A DNA stretch of 64,000 nucleotides from Cystobasidiomycetes sp. EMM_F5 (GCA_051047955.1 JBPGPT010000009.1:372001-436000); one strand, 5' to 3'; counted from the stretch's first letter, positions 1 through 13,916 are shown. Numbers and translations: made by a program. The notes: generated by a model not told the origin, from the sequence alone.

Positions 1-223
1 TTTTAAGTGCGGTTGTCAAGCTGGCGTTGCTTGGGAACGGCGTATTTCAAGTGGCAAAACCTGTATTGTAACACGTCGAGTCGCGGTGCACGGTCACAGA
101 TGTTGATGCATTGGTGCCGGTGTATAAGACAGACTGTTGATGTCCAGTTTGGACAAAATGAGCATCTTGTGAAAGCCAATGCAGGGTTCGGAAGCAGGTT
201 TGCAAAGTCAACTTTCTGACGCA

Positions 224-1072
224 TCAGCCTGCTGGATTCGGAGGTTGCTCGGTCGCTAGGTCAAAAAGACTCGGTATCCAGTAGATGTTCTCCCCAGCTG
301 TGGAGTCTTGACCTTCGTCAAGCCAGACGATGCCTTCGTCGAGGAGAGCTCTCTCCAAAGCTGTTCGCGCACGGCGCTCAGACCAGCCGTTTGCTGCAGT
401 CTTCACCGCTGCCTTGCTCTTGTGTGCTGTCCAAGCTTGCAGAGAGGATACGGAGACATGACCGCTTCCTGCTTCTCCAGCACATTCGAGGATGGTTAGC
501 GAGTCACTGTCAAACTCGGCTGCGACACTGCGGACCATCTTGCGATTCCCGACAGTCAGTAGTTTGTATCCACATCCTAGCGGCTCCAGTGCATCGATAG
601 CCCGAGCAATATCTGAGGGCGTCACGGCTGAAGCTGCAGCTTTGTCTGTCACCGAAACACTGTCGGATCGACCAGTGCGCAGACGAGTGACTCCGCGAAT
701 GACTTCGTCCACTTCGATGAGCCCGCCATTCTGCTCGCGGGTCATCAGGCAGACGTCCACCACCTGGACGGCTAGCGCATACGTCCATTCGCCAACACCA
801 AGATAGTCCCACACGCCTTTCCTCCCGCCAGAACCAAGCGGATCAACGCCAAGCTGGTTGCACATGTCTGCAAAATGCGTGCGGAAGACTGGATCAGACA
901 GAATCTTGGCCCGGTGCTTGGTCGCAAAGGTCCGGAGGGCGGTCTGGAACGTCGTCAGCTGCGACTGCAACGAGGACAGCTGCTGAGTGGACAGCTGATT
1001 CGACAGATTCGAGTACGAAGCGAGAGCAGCGCTCTGCGAGGACAGCGACGATATGCCCACATGCCGCCTCAT
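224..1072 (-). CDS. SNF8: ESCRT-II subunit Snf8/Vps22 (EAP30), intronless
   Basis: 282-aa ORF with MRRHVGISSL start, FRTHFADMCNQLGVDPL, YALAVQVVDVCLMTREQNGGLI and LLDEGIVWLD, all typical of the EAP30/Vps22 family. Confidence 0.93.
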   Translation of the reverse strand: MRRHVGISSLSSQSAALASYSNLSNQLSTQQLSSLQSQLTTFQTALRTFATKHRAKILSDPVFRTHFADMCNQLGVDPLGSGGRKGVWDYLGVGEWTYALAVQVVDVCLMTREQNGGLIEVDEVIRGVTRLRTGRSDSVSVTDKAAASAVTPSDIARAIDALEPLGCGYKLLTVGNRKMVRSVAAEFDSDSLTILECAGEAGSGHVSVSSLQAWTAHKSKAAVKTAANGWSERRARTALERALLDEGIVWLDEGQDSTAGENIYWIPSLFDLATEQPPNPAG

Positions 1073-2207
1073 ATTGTGACAGGCCTAGGAATTGGATAGA
1101 CGCGACAGTGCGAGACGGCCAGCAAACAAGACCCTTCAATCATTTCCTTACTATTGGATGATACCAGTAACGCAACGCTGATAACATCGAAGGCCTGAAG
1201 GTCGCCTAAGCGTTCTCCCACGGCTGCTCACCGTGAAGTATGGGCGGCATTGGATATCGACATCACGCGTACAAACCCGTAAAACTGACGCCTACGTTGA
1301 AGCACGACTATTCTGACAACAATGACTGTACACTGCATTGCGTTTGGACGACTCTCCGACCATCGGGTCGGACAGTGCCGCTTCGTAAATACGCCAGCCT
1401 CTTTACGCGCTCTTTACCATGCTCCGAATCGCGATTCCCGCGATGTTCCCAGCGTTGTGGATACGTTGTTGGCACGTCGTAGTCGGCAGACCTTCGACAA
1501 TGGCGGAAAGAGTACATTCTCTCGTATAACGCGTAGTTTGCGTAAGACCGACCAAATGCTGTCAGAGCATCAGCCTTCGGATTTGCTCTTTGTTGAAACA
1601 GCACGCTATGCCACGCTGTCAGCTCGACACTGTTGTTTGTGTCTTTATTGTAGCAGTGCCGATCAGCATTTCTCGTGAAACAAAAAGACTCTTTTGAGAG
1701 GCGCCGAAGGTCCAAGCGTGGTCTCTGAGTCGGCAGAGTTGTGGATTACCCATTGAAATGGCACAACGACAGGCGAAAGGGGCTGGCTTTTGATGTGTAT
1801 GTAGATATCGATGCTCGCTGTCAGGTGGATACATCAAGACTCGCACTCGCGCAGTTGGCAGGACACGTAGCGTCCGGTACCTTGGCTTGCATAACCTAAA
1901 ACAGCCCAATCTGCCCACAGACTGCTGGGGCAGCTCAACATTTCCGATTTCTCACCGACGTCTGGCAGCTGTGAGACCCCTTCTTGGCTAATCTTTGCAC
2001 AGGACATCTTCGGCAACCGTTAACACACAGGCGTGGGCGTGACTCTGGAAGACCCGCCCGGACATCGAGGCGGTCGGAAGGTGGCGGAGGGCTGGAGCTC
2101 GCAGTCGACATTTGTTACGCAACCCTAAGCATCGTCTTCCGCGAATCGGGTTTCCTTTCTTTGCACCATCAGCTCCTGAATATTTCCCTGGCGATTCCTT
2201 TGGCATC

Positions 2208-4006
2208 ATGGGTTGCGCGCAGAGTAGCAACGCTGCGGCAGATGGCGGTGGACAGGATGCTGGCGCAAAGCAGCGTTCAGACGAGATTGAGCGGCAGCTG
2301 CGCAAGGAAAAGTCAGACAAACGCAGCGAGGTAAGGATACCAAGTTGTGGTGGATGCCACTGCGGGCGAATTATGCGCCACAACGAGCTGACAGGATGAC
2401 CTAAACACGTACGGCTCACAGATCAAATTGCTGTTCCTTGGCGCCGGAGGTAAGCTCATACACTACTCTGATTCATGCAATAGTTAGCTTATTGCTCGAG
2501 TCTGCAGAGTCTGGCAGTACGCACATCACGCTCAGGCACAGAACGCGCGAACTTTCGTTCCTGACGCCCTAATTTTCCGCAGAATCTACCGTTCTCAAGC
2601 AATTCAAGATGATTTACGGGAATCCCATGGAAGATGTCAGTAAAGCTCCGCGCCAATGATGAAGTCTACCCTTTGGCTCAAATATCGCATGCTTCGCAAA
2701 TTTACAGGAAGAAAGACTAGGGTATCGGGAAGTTATCCTCGCAAATACATTTCAGTCCCTGGGTGTTGTTTTAGACGCAATGGGGGATTTGGGTATTGCC
2801 TTTACCAATCCACGCAGTACTATAGCTGCCGAGGCGGTAAACGATCTTGGACCATACCCAGAGGTACGAACGGCAATGTTAGCACAATTCAGCGGTGCTG
2901 ACTTTGTATTGCTTACACCAGTGGCCTGTCGATCCGAGCATATCTTCAGCAGTATCCACCCTATATGCGGACGAGGGCGTGCGGATAGCAATGTCGAGGA
3001 GAGCTGAATATCAGCTCAACGATTCAGCAGAAGTAGGTCGCGGCGACGCTCGGTCGCGGCTTCCGCGAGCTAATTACCCATCTACTACAGTATTTTTTCC
3101 AAAATGTAGGCCGGACAACCCAGGGCGACTTTCTGCCTACCGATGACGATATTTTACGGTGCCGAGGTATGCAGTCACTGAATCTGCAGCATAGCGAGAC
3201 GTCAGTGCTGACCTACAGTGCACCACTCCACTGCGATAGTCAAAACAACGGGCATAAGTGAAACATACATTCCCATAGGCCAGCTCAAGTACAGATTACT
3301 GGATGTGGGAGGTCAGCGAACAGAGAGGAGAAAGTGGTACGTTCGCCGTAGTGCACAGGAGTCGTTATTTATGCTAAGATCCGTCTGTTGCATAGGTTGA
3401 ACTGCTTTGAGGATGTGACAGTGCTGCTGTTTCTCGTGGCGATCCAAGAATTCGATCAAACATTATACGAGGACGAGAGCGTCAACCGGCTTCAAGAATC
3501 CTTGACACTCTTCCAGTCAGTCAGCAATTCCAAATGGTTTGCCAACAGTTCCATCATACTCTTCCTGAATAAGATTGATTTGTTCGCCGCGAAATTGGAT
3601 TCTGGCGTACAATTGAGTGACCACTGTCCCGACTACACGGGTCCGAACGAGTACGAGCCAGCAAGTCAATTCATGGCCAAGAAGTTTAGGAATCAGTACG
3701 CTCGAGGTAACGAGCTGTGTGAGCCTACTTTCGATCGGGCTTGAAGGACGTCAGGACTGATGGGCGCACATCTGGCAGATCATCATATGACTTGTGCGAC
3801 CGACACAAAGCAGTGAGTGCGCTCGTGTAATCCTGAAGCATCTGATTTGACTATACCGTTGGCTTTCAGAGTAAAAGTCGTTCTAGTCAGCGTTAACGAT
3901 ACTATTTTGAGAAAGAATTTGGCCTACTCGTACGTCCTCGCAATGCTCACGCGAATTTCAACATGCACTGACACTTCCTTTCCCTGGCGGTAGTGGTCTA
4001 ATGTGA
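2208..4006 (+). CDS. Heterotrimeric G-protein alpha subunit (about 12 exons)
   Basis: Spliced product starts MGCAQS (myristoylation/palmitoylation site) and contains [37 protein letters not shown] and TCATDT; ends LAYSGLM*; all introns GT-AG. Confidence 0.95.
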
Positions 4007-4256
4007 TGTTATATTGCCGTCAGTCGGTTAACGTATTTGGACAGTCGAGGTCAGGGGACGGTTTAGTAACAGGGATCGACTATATCAAGGGTCGCAGTCT
4101 TCGCAGAGTCGTTTAGCCGCGTTTATACTATATCTTGGGCTGCGCATCTTGGGAGTTTCAAAGAAGCACACGGGTCTACAGCTGTTGCTTTGCTTTGCCA
4201 CTGCCCAGTGGGTTCGCTCACCGCAACAACAAACTGCACGAGCGTAATGAGATACT

Positions 4257-7200
4257 ATGACCGAGGAAACAGTGGAAGGAAAGAGCGCGCAAGCTGCTGC
4301 GAGCTCTGGACCTGCTGCAGCTAGGCAGGCTCGAAGAATCCAGCTTCGCACCGCTAGCTTGGCCGCCTGGAACAAAGGCGATACTCAGGGAAATGGTAAA
4401 TAGATACCTGCTAGACCTTACGTTGGCCTTGCGGAATGTGCTGAGTCAACAGCCAATAGACCTGGGATCGTTGGATGCGTCCTTGAAACGCAATAGTGCC
4501 TACATCAAGCGGCTGAGGACTTCGCTGCACGCACCAGACGCAGTGCCCTTCTTGCTGAAAGAGGTAAAGTCGCTCAGTCTAGAGAAGTACACCAGCGAAC
4601 TGGTGTCCGCTGCTGCGGAAGGCTTAACGAAATGCAAGAGTGGACAAGAAATATACGCTGCAGTTGACGTATGTCGGCCATGCGGTTTCCGGCTTCACGT
4701 AACTCGCGGCAGGCTCATTGGCTTTCGTTTCTACAGGTTATCTGTGCCATTCATGAAAGATTCCCGTTTTCTTTCTCCGTGCTGCTGGTGACCGACATTC
4801 TCGCTTCACTGCAATTGCCCTCCAGAGCAACGTTAAATGCTTTCAGTAACGAACAACGCGAACGGGAAGAGACAGCAAGAATCCTGAGGCAAAGAAGCCT
4901 AATCAGAGTGTACGCTGAATTGGAACTTGTCGGTGTGGTACGCCCGGATTCCAAAGCCTCAACAGGCAATGCTACTTTCACGGTACTACGAGATCTGGTT
5001 GGTTTCTATCCCTACGCTCCTGATTTCAAGAAGTGCCCGCGCTTACCTACACAAATACCTAGCTCGTCTCGGATAAAGACTTCCTCGTGCCTTCTATACC
5101 GCTGGCTGTCGCTTTTACCAAGTATCTCGGCAGCGTCTTCGTGATGTCACCGGAGGCTATGGAAGTAGTGGCTGGCCAAGGCGCTTCAGATGTTACCGCC
5201 AAGAACGAGCTTCTCATCGTCAACCCTGTACAACAAGACAAATTCCGCAAAATGTTCTGTTCTTTCTACGAAGCCTTGTCCAGAAAAGCCGTTCGCGATC
5301 ATACAGTAAGATCCTATCTATAGCTGACGACAAGCCCACTAATGCGAGTCTCTGATAGCAACTGCTCGAGACTGACCGACGCAATCACGATGCCTATATT
5401 CGAAGCGGAGAAATCTTCGAAGATCGTGCGCAGACCTACGAAAAGATGGCGCGTAACTGGGAAAGGGTATGGTCAGGTGTCCAGAGGTGCGTCGTGTGGA
5501 GAAAAACGATGCTGGCAATCGGCTCATGCGTTCCACAGCCTGGCAGAAGCGCTCGCCCTTCCTTTACCCACATTACCCCCTCTGCCAACCTCGTTCGTAA
5601 TAACCAGTATAGGTGCGACGAGCACTAACGGCAGCGCCAACGACGATGCGAAAGGCGCAGACGGAATCTGGAGTGACGAGGAGGAAAAGCGCTTCTACAC
5701 CGACCTGTTAGACTTACAAGGGGAAGTACCACCATATCTACTGTCATCCTCCGGCAAAGAAACCGACCACAAAGTGCTACGGGAAAGTGAAGAGGATCTT
5801 GATGCTGACGCCTTTGGCGGCGACATAGCGCACGATGGCGTTAGCGATGATGCAGCTCTGAACGCGAATGCAGAAAAAGACAACGAGGATGGCGGTCTCG
5901 CGCCAGCGCCTGCAGCCCAATTAACAGCGCTGTTTGGTCGGTTGCCCGACATGAGCAGCCTTGCTGCAGTCGATAAGGCGGCTATCGACTTCGCCATGCT
6001 TAATTCCAAGGCTGCTCGGCGTAGACTCGTAAAGGTACTCCGCAATGTGTCCGATTGACCAGAAAGTCGTGTTTGCTGACTCTTTCGTTAGCAACTCAGC
6101 AGTGTACCGCGCTCGCGCCAAGACTTGCTACCTTATTACAGCCGTCTGGTAGCCATACTTGGCAGATACATGCCTGACGTAGGCAGCGGTGTTGTGGCCG
6201 CAGTAAGGAACAGTCGTGCCATATGGCAAGAGCTTGATGATGATTGTTGCGCCGATAGCTTGAGGATGAATTCCGATACTTACAGAAGCGAAGATTGCAA
6301 GACTTGGCAGAGACGCGTTCCAAGGCAAGCTTATCCTACACGGCGAGCATTCTAGGACTGACACTTTGACTGCAGAACATTCGTTTCTTGTCGGAGTTGA
6401 CGAAGTTTGGGATCACGCCACTGCATGTGGCTCTGCACATATTCAAAGTGTCTCTGGACGACTTTACCACCCCTAGCAGCATAGAAAATATGTGCGCCTT
6501 GCTCGAGGGCTGCGGCCGATACTTGTTGAGGGGAGATGCGACTCGCGAGCGCATGACTATCATGCTGGACGTTTTCAAACGGAAAAAAGCCGTACAAAAC
6601 GTCGACTCTCGTCACCTAACCATGCTAGAGAACGCTTACTATCAGTGTGACCCTCCCGACAGGGTCGCTGTTGCCCCGAAGCAACGAACTCCGACGCATC
6701 TCTTTATTCATCACCTAATGTATGGAATTCTAGCCAAGCCAACAATTGACGAAGTTTATCGCTTGCTACGGAAATTGCACTGGAACAGGCCGGAGGTCAG
6801 CTTACAACAACGTCACTTACCTTCTTTGTCGCTAATCGTCCATGCGCGACAGACGGTCCACAGGTTATACAATGCATTCACGAAAGTATGGAAAGCGAAG
6901 TTCAGCAATATTTATTTGTTTGCTATGCTTCTACACGACCTCGCACGTCATCACTCCGATTTTTGCGTGTCTGTTATAGACGGCATTCTGGAGAATATCA
7001 CTGCGGGAATGGAGCGAAATATCTTCAAGTACAACCAGCGCAGAATTGCGACTCTGAAATTTTTAGGAGAATTGTATGTGTATCGAATGGTCGACGCGAG
7101 GATCATCCTCGATACTCTGTGGAGTATAACGACATTTGGCCACCGTAAGTACAGCTTGGCATTAATGGCTAGCTACTAAACATACGATGCCATAGCCGAT

Positions 7201-8340
7201 GGACGACCTGTGCCAGAATCTTTGTCAACACTGGATGCTCCCGATGACTTTTTTCGAATCAGGCTCGTTTGCACCCTGCTAGATGCGTGCGGAGTATATT
7301 TCGATCGGGGGTTCCTGCGAAAGAAAATGGATGTCTTCTTATTGTTCTTCCAGGCAAGTGATGCTCAGACTCGCCCTAAACAACTCGGCTGATTCCTCCT
7401 ACAGATGTATATCAAGTGCAAGCGCAACGTGCCCATGGACATTGATTTCATGATCACGGATACATTCGAGACTCTGCGGCCAGACATGCGTCTATGCAGC
7501 AGCTTTGAGGAAGCAGCTCTGGCTGTTGATGCGCTCTTTGCACAGCAGGCACAGCGTACGAATGAGTCCATACAATATTGCGTACTTCAACTAATGTTGC
7601 ACTATGGATACAGAAGGAGCCGGTCCTAACGGGCCTGATAATGATGCATCGGACGATGAACAGCAGCCATACAGGTTACGCCGTTCGTCCATCGCCTCCT
7701 ACGGCAGCACGACAGGTGCTGAAGGACTCGAAAATGACGAAGTGATTATCTAATCTCATGGACATGTGAGAGCCGAACTAACGTCTGTTGCAGGGTCACA
7801 CTAGTGAGAACGTTGACGCGATTGCGGAAACAAGCAGTGACGATGATGACACACCGGACGACGAGCCCTCCAGCGAGAATGATGACGAATTCGAACAGGA
7901 GTTAGCGAGAATGATGAGTGACAATTCATCTGTACGAAGGTCCAATGCGAAGACTGCTATCTCGGATGTGAACATTCTGGCAATCAAGCGTCAAGCCCAA
8001 GCAGCTACGGCTTCAGATGACGAATCAGTTCCTGATCCTACCAACATGAAGTTTACCATGCTGCTGAAGAAAGGTGCGAAGCAGCAGGTGAGAATCAACC
8101 CTTCAGGTACCTTTGCAGAGTCAGCTGAAATTTTTACAGATTCGTTCAATGGATGTGCCCGTTGCATCAGCGCTCGCAGTCCACACCATCAATCGCCAGC
8201 AAGAAACGCGGGCTGAACAGCAACATCTCAAGCGATTCGTATTGGACTACGAAGAGCGTGAAGAAGCCGAGAAGCGACGTCTAAACATAGAGCACGCCGC
8301 CCGCCGGGGTATACGCTTGCGGTATGCTGGTCAAGGTTAG
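4257..8340 (+). CDS. UPF2: Nonsense-mediated decay factor Upf2/Nmd2 (MIF4G repeats)
   Basis: LDASLKRNSAYIKRLR, LLPYYSRLVA, NIRFLSELTKF, LENAYYQCDPP, KFLGELYVY, LDAPDDFFRIRLVCTLLDACG, acidic region and C-terminal Upf1-binding segment; about 14 introns, two of them GC-AG. Confidence 0.93.
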
Positions 8341-9010
8341 GCCAATGCGGTCTTCCTGCGGATACTACAACCACGATGACAAGCAGCACATTGTTGATGC
8401 CACCAATCGCTGTGATCAAGGTCTTTAGACTCAGAGCCACTGGTCGGATCGCCACAAGTCGGAATACGGTCTTCAAAAGACGCTCCGCTTCACGGGAACA
8501 CGCAAGCCTGGGCCGCGATTACGGCCGGTTGCAAAGATCTCGCGGGGGATAGTTCACTTGGCGCGTATTACGCGTCTCTGGGCCAGCCTATGAATGCGAC
8601 CAGCGGAAAACGAATATCATAGGCGGTGATGTCCACCGGAAGGTGTAGAAGATGCGTTCGTGGAGATACACCGACTGCTGCCGGCGGCGAGTGTTTCGTA
8701 CTCCTCACAACTTTGCAACTATTGTGCGGAATCCGCTGATACAGATCATTCTACGACGTCTTGATGGTACAGAGGCGTCCCTCGCCGGGATAACACGTTG
8801 TTATACAATGTCAGCCATGCGAGGGCCATCGGGCGCGTCAGACGAAAAAAATTGTGGACGACGGTCGGGCTGATCAGCGGGACTTGACGAAGCCAATGAG
8901 CAGTAGAGTCGAGCACGAGACTTATTGGGCCTAGTCTGGACAGACATTTGAGATGAGCAAATTGTAGCCATGCGTCATGGAAATGTAGTACCTGCTTTGC
9001 ATCTCACATA

Positions 9011-10353
9011 ATGCAAACACCTCCGCACACTGTTAGCATTGCGGAATTCCTGGAAGCACAGACGCAGCTCGAAGAGGAAGCAGCTGAAGCCATCCCATTC
9101 GCGTTCTCTTCGTGCACGTTTCCCAATCTCGCCGAGTCCAGACAACCAATTTTTAGCTGTTTAACGTGTCGGCCTCAGCCGCTGAAGGCAGAGGATAGAG
9201 CAGGAATATGCGCGGGGTGCAGCGTGTCGTGCCATGGAGACTGCGAGCTAGTCGAACTCTTCTTCAGGCGGAACATGACTTGTGACTGTGGCACGAGTCG
9301 CTTGCCGACGCGTAAATGCGCCATCACTCTCCGCAACAACGAATCTCCAAGCTCCGAAAACCACTACGACAAGAACTACGATGGAATATTCTGTTCATGT
9401 AACATACGATATGATCCCGAGACAGAGTAAGTCCAAGCGATATCATCTTGTTTAACTGCTTACAGTACTGAGATTATCCTGATCTAGAGAGGATGAAATG
9501 GTACAATGTCTCATGGTAAGGGCTTCGCCAACAGCATCAACGCCGTGCTGACCATATCTTGAATTAGTGCGAGGACTGGTTTCACACCGACAAATGCTTA
9601 GGCCTCCGCAAAGGCGCAGGACCTGCTGGTGACGGATTCAAAGTCGGCGATTTCGAGCATTTAGTCTGTCAGGCATGCGTTGAAGGACCGGGACTTGCAA
9701 CTTTTGGTCGATATGCTGGAACCCGACATTTTACTTTGTTACCAACGAAGGCACAGCTTCGGCTCCAGTCACAACATCCTGTCACTGCCACAAGCAGTAT
9801 AGCAGAGCCCGACTTGACGACTAGCAACTCTTTGGTCCGAAAACGCTCTGCAACCGCAGATGACCACGCAACCCTGGTCTCTAGGCTGAAGCGACCGAAG
9901 CTGGACAATACCGCGAGTACGGAATGCAGTGCACCAGATCGCGTACACAAAAACGGGCCGCCGCGAGGACACATCTTGTTACAAGAAGGCTGGCGTGACC
10001 AGTGGTGCCGGTGCGGCCAGGTACGCGGGCCCTCCTTCTCTGAGTTTTGTAAACTCATGTTGCATACCTCACAGTGCTCGCCCTTGTACGTGGACCTGCC
10101 GTATCTCTTGGAGGAAGAAACCGTTTTCGAACCGCCAGACGATCCCGATGCCGAGCGATCCTTGCATGATTTAGGCATTTCAGCGCTTTCTCAACTGCCT
10201 CGGGATCAAGCGATACAAGGGCTGGAGGCGTACCAAACGGTCAAGGATAAGCTTATGTCGTTTCTAAAACCCTTTGCACGAGAAGGCAGGGTCGTCAGCA
10301 AGGAAGACATCGAGGCCTTCTTTGAATCACAACACATTAGTTCTGACGCGTAG
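9011..10353 (+). CDS. UBR7: UBR7/Mlo2-like UBR-box + PHD-like zinc-finger protein
   Basis: RQPIFSCLTC, CAGCSVSCHGDCELVELFFRRNMTCDCG, MVQCLM|CEDWFH, and C-terminal LKPFAREGRVVSKEDIEAFF. Confidence 0.88.
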
Positions 10354-10599
10354 ATGCGTTGTAAGCCTGTATTTGACTATTTGACTGTTCGCTCGGGCCA
10401 GTACAGCAGTATCCTCAGACTGCCCTAATTCCTATCCTTACAATCTCCTTGTGTCTCCTTCGTTCAGTCCGTTTCAACGCGGGTCTCAACATATCACGGT
10501 GATTGTCATCGTTCGCGCGCTGGTTCTCGATATCATCCACTGCTAGGCTGGTTCTCGTGTGTTAATTGTGACAGTCTCCGCCTCACTCCAGCTTGTTAC

Positions 10600-11867
10600 G
10601 CTTGACCGCACTTTAAATGGGAAACAGCGTCTTCCATGCTTGATTCATTGCAATTTTGAAATTGTTCAACTTCTGCATCTCTTCGTCTGTTTGCTATGCT
10701 CAGCTTTGCTATGGCCGCAGAAAAGCGGTCTGAGGCTCACGAAACGAAGTTTCGAATTCATCAACTACATTTAGCTTCTCGCGCAGAGTACACGCTGCAC
10801 GGTTGTCGGCGATCCTTTGTCCACGTTCGATCCACTTGGACATCTTTGCGCTCAGGAGATTCCATTCTTTAGAGAAAGCTGCCAAAGAGGACACATTGAG
10901 GTCTAGAAATCGTATACTCGATTCCGCACTTACCAAGGACTTCATCATCGAGCTGATCCTCAGCTTGTTGATTCTGAAAGTTGATGTACTCGAGATCAAG
11001 GTCTTCCACCTCGGTTTTGCGATGCTTCTCCGCATCGTCTTTCGATACTTGTTCTGCGTCATCGTGCTGACCATTGTCGCCTGAGGCCACAGCGGAAGCC
11101 GTAGCTGGGGTTTTCGTCTCCTTGGCGTCGCTTGTACGTGCATCATGATCTGCTGATGCTCGAGTAGACGAAAGGTCAGAAAGGCCTTGACCTGATGATG
11201 ATGTCTGGTCTGCGTGAAATGCAGCCCCTGCAGCATCGGTGTGACTAGATGCTTCTCGCATCAGCATCCCATCACAAGGCTCTGGCTCGTCATCGTCCGT
11301 CTGCATGTCTGTCTCTGTCATGTTGGTCTTGCTCGACGTGGGTTTGCTTGATACGACCTCGACCAGGCCTTCGATGGACGTCGTGCCGTCGGCTGTAGCA
11401 TCGCCGTGCTCGTGGACGTCATGAAGTAGCTCATCCGCGCTCGTGAGCGTGTCTTGTGAAGCTTTGATCCCCTCCGCAGCGCGTTCGTCCGACATGGCAA
11501 GGTCATAGCTTGCGGTTTCGATATCTTGAGAATCGCTCTCTCCGTGCTCTTCTTGATCTTCTTGTACGTCATCATCTGGCATTACAGTATCGTTATTATC
11601 CTGCTGATCGGGGTCTGATCCGACAACCTCGGCGTCATCGTTGTAAAGTGAAGGAGAATCTCGAATGTAATCCATCGGATTAACGGATGGTGTTACAGCA
11701 TTCTCGGACATTTGACTTGAGGAGATGTCTGCAGTGTCGGGTGCAGCTATGTCATGCTCATCCTCGAACGCTTCAGGAGGTCCGTGCGTCAATGTGCCTT
11801 CAGCAGACATTGCTGCAGTGTTATCAAAGTCATCAGAGTAGCCTTGACTCGACGATTCTGCTTCCAT
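10600..11867 (-). CDS. Hypothetical acidic/disordered protein with a possible Sds3-like C-terminal coiled coil; 3' end uncertain
   Basis: Long open frame from ATG 11867 (MEAESSSQGY...) to a GTAAGT donor at 10933; downstream helical segments (AIAKLSIANRRRDAEVEQF) cannot be spliced unambiguously. Confidence 0.5.
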
Positions 11868-12224
11868 GTTAGCTGTCAGTATTGGATGTTTAACAGCTAG
11901 CGTGAGTGTGTGAGTGTTGTGTCTTAGGATGGAGTGGATTGGATTGGTGTGGAGGAAGGAAGCGTATGGCGGCAAAATCAGATTTGAATCGTCACCAGCA
12001 CACCATAAAGAGGTAAGGGAGGCGCATTTGAATGCGGCAGCCCTTGGTGGATCGCGTATGATGATGCAGGCAGTTAAGATGCCGAAACGAAGGACGACAA
12101 ACATACACCGATACCTACTATACAATGCCCCAAACACGGGTTGGCGGTATGAAAGACTTCGCGACGTCTCGCATACATGTCACGAGCAGCTCCAGTGGAA
12201 AGAAATCGACCTGCCGACGATACT

Positions 12225-13241
12225 TCACTTTCTATACCAGCTGACTGCTTGTCTGCTCCTCCTCATCTTCTTTTGTAGTTGCATCATGCCGTACAGCAGG
12301 GCTTCGGCCGTAGGCGGACAACCCGGAACGTACAGATCCACTGGTACGATTCTGTCGCAGCCTCGGACAACCGAGTACGAGTAGTGATAGTAGCCTCCGC
12401 CATTCGCGCAGGAACCCATGGAAATCACCCAGCGAGGTAGAGGCATCTGATCATAGACTGCAAGGGTGTGAGCATTGATATGAGTGCTATGCGGTCGCAC
12501 TTACCTTTTCTCAACGCGGGCGCCATCTTGTTGGTGAGCGTACCGGCAACGATCATGATATCACTTTGGCGTGGTGAGGCACGGAAGACGACACCTAATC
12601 GATCTTGATCATAACGAGAAGCAGCCATATGCATCATTTCGACGGCACAGCATGCCAATCCAAAAGTCATTGGCCACATTGATCCTTGACGAGCCCAGTT
12701 GACAACCTTGTCGGCGGTAGCTGCGAATTGTTGTGAGTTCGTCATGTTGCGAGTACGGAATGCACATGCTACTCACACAACACATACTCCATTCCATTGC
12801 GCGGCGTTTCAAGACTCAATTGGTTGGAACCCTTGTTTGCGATATCGAAAACGCTCTCGCTTTTGTATAGATCATTGCGCATGGCGGCAGACGTAGGTAC
12901 TGGGGGGTCGTTGGCCTTGGAAGACGAGGACGAGCTGAGGGCCCTGCATTGCTGCTTGAAGGGTACTAGGGATGTGACTGCTTCTGAATGATCGGGACAG
13001 TGAACCAGCGGATGAACGGAGATACAAACATCAGCGGACAGGCTGAGTGCGGTGCAAGAGTTTCTACTTACCTGTCCGAGAAGTTGAGGCTGCCGAGCTG
13101 AACGTTCTCGCTTGAAGCGCCAGGCCAGCGATGCCTGTGCATCGCGGAAGCTGGAGAAGACCTGAACCAGCGGCACTAGTCAGATCTGAGCCGCGCAGCC
13201 TAGTGTTATTTATGCAGACCTGTTGCTTGTCTTAGCGCCAT
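12225..13241 (-). CDS. NDUFS7: NADH:ubiquinone oxidoreductase 20 kDa Fe-S subunit (PSST)
   Basis: [68 protein letters not shown]; 5' exons approximate. Confidence 0.96.
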
Positions 13242-13390
13242 GTTTATTCCACAGAGTCAGAAATTTTATCGATGGTCTGGTCGCAGGAGGGCAGCGGTCA
13301 TCTTTGTCGCAGCCAATAGAACGCCACTCATATCGGTGGCCACGGACTTGACAAAAGAGCAACTGGGCAAATACAAATATACGCTCGTAA

Positions 13391-13916
13391 ATGCTCGAAA
13401 GCCTCAAGTCATTCCTGTCCGGACTCCTGCCCCAACCCCCCTCCGAGCAAGACCAAAAGATGGCCGCAGCCCGGATAGAGCAGCTTGTTGCAAAGTCGGG
13501 CTCTATTGCAGTCTTCTCTAAATCTTACTGCCCATACTGTGTCGTGAGCACTTTTGACAGAGCTCATGGCGTCCGCAGACTCAAATATCAATCTTTCAGC
13601 GCGCCAAAGGTATCCTGTCGTCATATTCTGGAGTATCATCCCGAATGACAGTACTGGAGCTGGATCATATGGGCAAGGAAGGACAGACAATTCAAGACCA
13701 ACTGGCTCAGAGGTTGGGCAAAAGCCACGTCACGGTGCCGCAAGTCTTCATCAACGGGAAGCTTATCGGAGGGTGTAGTGATGTGGAAGCAGCATGGGCG
13801 AACGGATCATTGGAGGACCTGATAGCGGAGCTCAACAAGATGCGTACGTCAAGTATGGATGTGTTGACCGATTGTCGAAACGGCTAATGCTACCCAAAAT
13901 GACAGCGGCCACATAA
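13391..13916 (+). CDS. Dithiol glutaredoxin (CPYC)
   Basis: VFSKSYCPYC, TVPQVFINGKLIGGCSD; two GT-AG introns. Confidence 0.93.

Noticed and set aside
3..226. 73-aa minus ORF whose ATG overlaps the SNF8 stop (TGATG), resembling translational coupling
   Set aside because: Eukaryotic context, no recognisable protein, and it lies in the expected 3' UTR; probably chance
1240..2016. Several 60-135 aa ORFs between SNF8 and the G-alpha gene
   Set aside because: No recognisable motifs and no consistent splice model; treated as divergent promoter/UTR
8341..9010. Short ORFs between UPF2 and UBR7
   Set aside because: I could not build a convincing gene or UPF2 extension from them
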